Origin: Azolla caroliniana
Taxonomy: Eukaryota; Plantae; Polypodiophyta
Length of the DNA stretch: 16,463 nt
Direction: 5' to 3'
Assembly (NCBI GenBank): GCA_043228905.1
Contig: JBHGNT010000748.1
Coordinates: 1-16,463, forward strand
Below the pieces are notes generated by a model. The model did not search any database. It had not been told where the DNA came from and worked only from the letters and a program-made list of their open reading frames with translations. How positions within the stretch are numbered: position 1 is the stretch's first letter; every line of letters begins with the position of its first letter. The position numbers were made by a program, and so were the translations under genes. Shown piece after piece: positions 10,234-16,463 of the stretch.

Positions 10234-10269
10234 ACCCGAGACGCCCAGGTACAAGTACATGCATTGGAA
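10234..10269 (+). pseudogene. tRNA-Glu-derived B1 pseudogene, 3' half
   Basis: ACCCGAGACGCCCAGGTACAAGTACATGCATTGGAA completes 3596-3637. Confidence 0.9.
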
Positions 10270-10451
10270 ACACTACATATATCATATATGATAAGTTAAT
10301 GTGGCATTGATAAAAACCCTTGACCTTGTTAAATCTTAAAAACGACATTGTGTTTGAATAATCCTCAGTTGTTCGGTGATGCTTGCGCAATATATAAATA
10401 TTATTTATTTCTAATCAATGAGTGCAATATTTGAAAGTGGAAAAGATGTGA

Positions 10452-10524
10452 TCTATTGTAGTCTAGTTGGTTAGGATACTCGGCTCTCACCCGAGAGACC
10501 CGGGTTCAACTCCCGACAATGGAA
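10452..10524 (+). tRNA. tRNA-Glu(CTC), copy A2, near-intact
   Basis: 73 nt; acceptor TCTATTG/CAATGGA, anticodon stem CTCGG/CCGAG, CTC at 10486-10488, GTTCAAC B-box; one C.A mismatch at the T-stem base; only TTT downstream. Confidence 0.75.
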
Positions 10525-10979
10525 ACGACAATATCATATATGAAATTTCCGACGCATGTCATGTGTTAACTGTTTGATAACTCAAAAACTCAAGACCCAA
10601 AGTAGTTGTTACAATAATGTACAATTAACAAAATAATCAATATTATGTTTGAAGGATTGATGACGAACTTTACTTTGATTTTTTTCTCCTAACATCAATC
10701 CCATTATTCGATTAATGGTAGAGGTTTCAAATGAAATTTGAGAAAACATTATGTTGTTCGGTAGAAAAAGAAGCAATATATCGGGTCGTGGATATTCCTC
10801 AAGATTGTTACGACCAATTAGTACACCAACAATTATAATTTGGATAACTTGATACAATTTCAAACAATACGCATAGATTGCAGAATAATGGTCAACTGTC
10901 GATAAGCAGTGCACCATGTTTCTTTATTTGTAGCAAACGACTAGAATATTACATTAACTAATTCATTTACTAAATGAAT

Positions 10980-11051
10980 TCCATTGTAGTCTAGTTGGTT
11001 CGGATCTTGCTTTTTACCCGAGATGCGAGGGAACAACTACAGGCATTGGAA
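10980..11051 (+). pseudogene. tRNA-Glu-derived pseudogene B2
   Basis: 5' TCCATTGTAGTCTAGTTGGTT intact; T5 in the anticodon loop; B-box and T-stem destroyed. Confidence 0.85.
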
Positions 11052-11234
11052 ACACTACATACATCATAGATCATAACTTCATGTGGCATCGATAAAAAGC
11101 CTTGAAATTATTAAATCTTAGAAGATGAGAGTGTTTTAGAATAATCCTCGGTTTCTCGTTGATGCTTGCGCAATACATAAATATTATTTATTTCTAATCA
11201 ATGATTTCAATATTAAAAAGCGGATAAGATGTGA

Positions 11235-11307
11235 TCCTCTGTAGTCTAGTTGATTAGGATACTCGGCTCTCAGCTGAGAGACCCGGGTTCAATTCCCGGC
11301 AATGGAA
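11235..11307 (+). pseudogene. tRNA-Glu(CTC) copy A3, probable pseudogene
   Basis: T-arm perfect, but two acceptor mismatches (TCCTCTG), D-loop GG>GA, and anticodon-arm changes (CAGCTGAG). Confidence 0.8.
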
Positions 11308-11745
11308 ACGACAATATCATATATCAAATTTTTGACGCATGTTTCATAAATCAAAAACTCAAGACCTAGAGTAGTTGTTACAATAATGTACAATTAACAA
11401 AAGAATCAATATTATGTTTGAAGGATTGATGACGAACTTTACTTTGATTTTTTTCTCCTAACATCAATTTCTAAAGTTAATCCTATTATTCTATTAATGG
11501 TAGAGGTTTCACATTAAATTTGACAAAACATTATGTTCTTCGGTACAAGAAGAAGCAGTATATTTAGTCGGGGTTATTCCTTAACATTGTTACGACAAAT
11601 TAGTTCACTAATAATTATAGTTTAGATAACAAATATGCATAGATTTCAGAATAATGCTCAACTGTCGATGAGAATTGCACCATGTTTCTTTGTTTGTAGC
11701 AAAGGATTAAAATATTAGATTAACTAATTTATTTACTAAATGAAT

Positions 11746-11818
11746 TCCATTGTAGTCTAGTTGGTTCGGATCCTTGCTTTTTACCCGAGACGCCCGGGTA
11801 CAACTAAAGGCATTGGAA
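11746..11818 (+). pseudogene. tRNA-Glu-derived pseudogene B3
   Basis: 73 nt, colinear with the A copies: loop TTTTTAC, GTACAAC in place of GTTCAAC, AAAGG in place of CCCGG. Confidence 0.88.
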
Positions 11819-11998
11819 ACACTAGATACATCATTGATCATAAGTTCCTGTGGCATGGACACAAAACCCCTTAAATTATTAAATCTTAAAAACGGGACTA
11901 TGTTAGAATAATCCTCAGTTTCTCGTTGATGCTTGCGCAATATATAAATATTATTTATTTCTAATCAATGAGTGCAATATTTGAAAGTGCAAAAGATG

Positions 11999-12056
11999 AG
12001 TTGGTTAGGGTACTGGGCTCTCACCCGAGACACTCGAGTTCAACTTCCGCAATGAA
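11999..12056 (+). pseudogene. tRNA-Glu(CTC) copy A4, 5'-deleted pseudogene
   Basis: ~16-bp deletion removes the acceptor 5' strand; remainder AGTTGGTTAGGGTACTGGGCTCTCACCCGAGA... Confidence 0.85.
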
Positions 12057-12455
12057 AATGACAATATCATATATCAATTTTTTTCGACGCATGTCATGTG
12101 TTAATTGTTTGATCAGTCAAAAACTCAAGATTTAAAGTAGTTGTTACAATAATGTACAATTAACAAAATAATCAATATTAAGTTTGATGGATTGATGAGG
12201 AACTTTACTTTGATTTTTTTTCTCCTAACATCAATATCTAAACTTAATCCCATTATTTGATTAATGGTAGATGTTTCAAATGAAATTTTACAAAACATTA
12301 TGTTGTTCGGGACAAGAAGTACACCAACAATTATAGTTTGGATAACTTGATACAATTTCAAAAAATACGCATAGATTGCAGAATAATGGTCAATTGTCGA
12401 TGACCATTGCAAAGGATTGGAATATTACATTAACTAATTCATTTAGTAACTGAAT

Positions 12456-12528
12456 TTCATTGTAGTGAATTTGCCCCGAATCATTGATTTTTACTTGAGA
12501 CGCCCAAGTACAAGTACAAGCATTGGAA
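12456..12528 (+). pseudogene. tRNA-Glu-derived pseudogene B4, most decayed
   Basis: Same position in the unit; TTCATTGTAGT...TTTTTACTTGAGACGCCCAAGTACAAGTACAAGCATTGGAA. Confidence 0.75.
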
Positions 12529-12710
12529 ACACTAGATATATCATATATGATGAGTTAATGTGGCATCAATAAAAATCCTTGAACTTGTTAAATTTTAAAA
12601 ACGACAGTGTGTTTGAATAATCCTCAGTTCTTCGTTGATGCTTGCGCAATACGTAAATATTATTTATTTCTAATCAATGATTGAAATATTAAAAAACGCA
12701 CAAGATGTGA

Positions 12711-12783
12711 TCCATTGTAGTCTAGTTGGTTAGGATACTCGGCTCTCATCCGAGAGACCCGGGTTCAACTCTCGGCAATGGAA
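12711..12783 (+). tRNA. tRNA-Glu(CTC), copy A5, structurally intact
   Basis: Acceptor TCCATTG/CAATGGA perfect; anticodon stem CTCGG/CCGAG with CTC at 12745-12747; T-stem CCGGG/CTCGG (one G-U); A and B boxes intact; CAA at -10 and an AT-rich tract near -25. Confidence 0.88.
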
Positions 12784-12793
12784 ACGACAATAT

Positions 12794-13188
12794 TGTAAAA
12801 ACAAATAGCGTGCGGAAGCAATAAAAACAGAAAAAAAAGAGAACAAGTTTAATGTAGAGCTTAACAGTACACGGGAGAGAGACAGAGAGAGCAAGAACCT
12901 TTATTCAAAAATTATATCAACGCTCTATACATCGTAAGTGTTCAGCGAACACTTTTATACAAGTCCAGATGGACTGATAGAAGTTCGGTGTACTTCAATG
13001 CTCACTAGAGCGTCTGACACTAACTACGAGAGTATTAACTCCCTAGTAGTCTAACTGCTACGAGGCTTCCGGTTATAGATGGATTCGGCTAACCGGCTCC
13101 TGAACTCACCGACTCTTTTGCTCACCGGGTGCTCACTGGCTCAGGCTTATTCAGTCGATCCGGCTCCAATTGAGCTTGCCGCCTAAAA
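12794..13188 (-). repeat. Copia 3' LTR (~395 bp, inferred)
   Basis: Follows PPT AGGGGGAG; starts TTTTAGG (TG expected); TATAAAA at 12959-12953; ends in CA at 12794. The partner LTR is outside the window. Confidence 0.7.
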
Positions 13189-13196
13189 CTCCCCCT
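13189..13196 (-). promoter_or_regulatory. Copia polypurine tract
   Basis: Minus strand reads TTC-AGGGGGAG directly before the inferred LTR; another TTGAGGGGGAG at 13814-13824. Confidence 0.7.
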
Positions 13197-13431
13197 GAAG
13201 TTCAACTTGAGGTCCGGTCGTAGTGTCAGCATCTGTGGCACTCGGTCCTTCTGCCCGGCTACCTCTGGCGTCACTCCGCCTTGCTCGTGCTCCTCGTCCA
13301 GTCTGGTTCTGTTTGCCGTGACCCCTCTCGTTCTGCGCACCTTGACCTCCTCGGTCAGCTTGTCTGCTCAACAGGCCCAATTCAGCTCCCTCACTGCTGT
13401 GACTTCGGAGTGTGCCGGTTCGCCAATTCCT

Positions 13432-16400
13432 TCATGTTGGCGTCGACTTTCGATGCCTTCTCGTCATGTTGGCCTTGAATTGATCCGGTTCTTCCGAATC
13501 TGTCTGTTGAACCGAATCAATTGTCTCTGGTTCGTTCCAGCTCTTGTCCGAATCAGTTGCTCCCGATTCGTCTTCTGGTTCCATGCCTTTCACCACATCG
13601 GACCATGTCCGGGTCTTGGCCTTCTTCTTCCGGTCGGCTCTGTCCTTCTTCACTCTGCAGCCGCTGCCACATGTTCCAACGTGTTTCGATGTGTCGCCTT
13701 CCTTTGTCGACTCGGCTCCTTTCTTCTTCTTGACTCTCTGTTCGTCGGTTCTTCCCTCACCGTCGCAAGCGATAGTCTCTTTGCCTTTGCCCATTCCGGT
13801 GTCTTTGCCCGTTCTCCCCCTCAAGTATGGCACGTCGAGATGGTGAGCACCAAGCATTTCGGTAAAGTGCTACAACTTGTCCGATCCGAGTGGTTTGGTG
13901 AAGATGTCGGCAACTTGCCGATCCATGTGAACATACCGAAGTTCGACCTCACCGCTCAGGACACGCTCACGCACGAAGTGATAGTGCACTTCTATGTGCT
14001 TTGTACAAGCATGGAATACGGGGTTCTTGGCAAGCTGCATGCTGCTTATGTTGTTGTAGTAGATCAGAATTGGGGTCGGTACCTCGATTCATAGGTCTTG
14101 CAGCAGTGGCCGAAGCCAAATGGCTTCACAGGTGGCAATGGTAGCGCCCTGATACTCAGCCTCCATGCTCGATAGAGCAACTGGTGGCTGCTTTTTCCTG
14201 CTCCACGCAACAACCGTGCTACATAGGGAAAACATGTAACCGGAGGTTGATCGGCGATCTGATGCATCGCCGGCCCAGTCGACATCTATGTAGCCGACCA
14301 GCTCTTCGGTTATACCGCGCCGGTATAACAGTCCCCGGTCCTTCGTGCCGCTCACATACTGCAGTATTCTGTGCGCGCACTGAAGATTCTCTACGGTCGG
14401 CTTCTGCATGAATTGGCTAATCACACCGACCGAATAGCTGTTGTCGGGTCGGCTGATGGTCAAATATATAAGGCTTCCGACAATTTGTCGGAACCGTTTC
14501 TCATCGCAGGCCGGTCCGAAGTTGGGACGAAGCTTCTGGTTCTGGTCCAGGGGAGTAGAGATAGGTCGGCATTCCGTCATGCCGAACTTGTACATCATAT
14601 TCAACACATAGTGCCTTTGTGAGAGCAATATGCCGTCGGGGGTTCGGATCACCTCGATCCCAAGAAAATAATGAAGGTCTCCCAAGTCCTTCATCTCAAA
14701 CGCATCCGACAACTAGGACTTGACTCGGCTGATTTCATCGAGTCTGGGTTCGGTGTTGACCAGATCATCAACGTACAACAATATGCAAACCGGACCGTCC
14801 GAACCTTGCCAGATGATCAATAAAGAGGCGGACTTGGAGGCCGCAAACACCATCTTACGCAACCGGTGCGTGATCTTCGCATTCTAAGCTTGGGGAGCTA
14901 GCGTCAGGCCATAAAGTGACTTCTTCAGCCGACATACCGCCGACTTGTTCATCTCCGTGTGGAAACCGGGGGGTTATATCATAAAGACCTCTTCTTCAAG
15001 ATCTCCTTGAGGAAATGCATTCTTCACATCCATCTGGTGAAGATGCCACTCCCTTGCTGCTGCAACCGCCAGCACCACACGAACCGTCGTCATCTTCGCT
15101 ACTGGAGCGAAGGTCTCATCATAGTCGATTCCGTGGGTCTGTGTGTATCCCTTCGCCACTAACCAGGCCTTGTACCGGTTAACTGAACCGTCGGCGTTCT
15201 ACTTTACCTTGTACACCCACTTGCATCCGATTGGTTTACTGTGACGGGGAGGGTCAACCAGGTCCCATGTATCATAGGCATCAAGTGCCCGCATCTCTTC
15301 TTCCATAATGGCACGCCAATGTGCGTCCTTTGCCGCTTCAGTGTAGCTCTCCGGCTCACGCACTTCCGCCACCTTGGTCATGTACGCATAGTGATGTGTC
15401 ATGTACTCATTGTACTCGTACCGCTTAACAGATTCCTTCTAGCGGGTTGACCGACGTAAGCCACCGTTACCCGGTCTGAGGGCCTTCTTGGCCGGTTCGG
15501 TCTTCGGTGTCGAGGAACCGTCATTTTCCTTTCCGAAGTCAGATCTGCTCCGATCCGACTCATCAATACCGGTTCCATAATCCGGCATCTTCTTCTTCCC
15601 CTTCTCTTTGCGCGTGAACTGTCTCCTCGGTTCCTTGTGCGGGGAGAGCACGACAGAGTCTTCACTACTCGTTGGTTCTTTTTCTGACTAGTCAAATTGG
15701 CCCAGTCTTCTTGAGTCCTAGATTCATCATCTTCTAACTGGACCGGTTCAGGCTCACTAGCCTCATCGTCCAATATCGGGTCGGGGTCAGAAGTCGGAGT
15801 TGGTAAGGCATACCATCATGCCGTCTCATCAAACTCAACATCGTAGCTAACTCGGATCTTCTTCCTCCGGGGGTTATAACACTTATACCCCTTTTGCTCA
15901 TGTGAGTAACCGACGAGGATGCACTTCTCCGATTTTGCGTCCAGCTTCCTCCGCTTCTCATCCGGCACCGGCACGTATGCTATGCTGTCGAAAATCCGAA
16001 GGTGTCTCAAATTCAGCTTGCGCCCGAAATACAGCTCATGCGCGGACACCTTGTCACCGATCCGGTTTTGGATGTAGACGGTTGTCCAGACCACCTCCGC
16101 CCAGTAGAAATGGGGCATGCTCTTCGCTTCCAACATTGCCCTTGCTACGTCGACAAGCGACCGATTCTTCCTTTCGGCCACACCGTTTTGCTCCGGTGTG
16201 TATCTGCAGTTGATTTCTCTCCGAATTCCTATTTGCTGCAAGTAACTGTTGAATTGGCTGGAGAAATATTCTTTTCCGCCATTTGACCGCAGACACTTGA
16301 TCTTCCTCTCTGATTCCCGTTCCACCATGCTTTGGAGGTTCCGGAAACAGTCGAAGACTTCGCTCTTCCGCTCAATGAGGTAGACCCATGTGTGTCGGCT

Positions 16401-16463
16401 ATAGTCATCGATGAAGGAGACGAAGTATCGACTCCCGCCAAGACTCACGTTCTGTGCCAGTCC
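13432..16463 (-). pseudogene. pol: Copia pol (integrase, RT, RNase H) with charged C-terminal extension; stops and frameshifts
   Basis: IN FIDDYSR, LRSNGGKEY (catalytic D>N), [38 protein letters not shown] at 14764-14775, MKDLG. RH DVDWAGD, SSMEAEY, TKHIEVHYHFVRE, QVADIFTKPL. Confidence 0.95.

Larger units (their letters stand above)
2915..12793 (+). repeat. Tandem array of ~710-800-bp units, each with two tRNA-Glu-derived copies; interrupted by the gypsy element and cut by the copia element
   Basis: Spacer sequences (e.g. AAATATTATTTATTTCTAATCAATGA; GTAGTTGTTACAATAATGTACAATTAACAAAA) recur 4-5 times. B-to-A start spacing is 255 bp in three units; A-to-B is 511-541 bp in three units. Confidence 0.95.
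12794..16463 (-). mobile_element. Ty1/copia LTR retrotransposon, 3' part, decayed; continues beyond the window
   Basis: IN-RT-RH order on the minus strand; array homology stops at ...GACAATAT|TGTAAAA (CA end of the minus-strand LTR). Confidence 0.95.

Noticed and set aside
10609-10917. Spacer ORFs (also 11707-11940 and 12125-12412)
   Set aside because: Frames are not preserved between units because of indels; AT-rich satellite spacer
11746-11818. B copies as tRNA-Lys(TTT)
   Set aside because: The body is Glu-derived, the anticodon and T stems are broken, the B-box is mutated, and T5 would terminate Pol III
13207-14094. 295-aa plus-strand ORF (env-like or antisense gene)
   Set aside because: Antisense shadow of the GC-rich pol end; non-ATG start; no domain

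Overview
Eukaryotic, plant-type repetitive DNA; a bryophyte-like host is my inference. The backbone (about 2915-12793) is a tandem array with a ~710-800 bp unit. Each unit carries two tRNA-Glu-derived copies: an A copy (Glu-CTC, intact at 12711-12783 and near-intact at 10452-10524) and a B copy (fixed pseudogene). A complete but decayed Ty3/gypsy chromovirus (3638-10233; 458-bp LTRs with TG...TA ends, 5-bp TSD ACCCA/ACCCG) is inserted in the anticodon arm of one B copy. Its long leader holds a ~55-bp-period hairpin array with unique spacers and a 3x153-bp G-box-rich tandem repeat. A decayed Ty1/copia element on the minus strand (12794 to the window end) is inserted 10 bp downstream of the best tRNA copy and has an extra ~620-bp segment between two PPTs. 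The left 2.7 kb holds a spliced, decayed minus-strand gene (acidic region, globular domain, coiled coil, RING-H2). No intact protein-coding gene is evident. All alignments and counts were done by eye.
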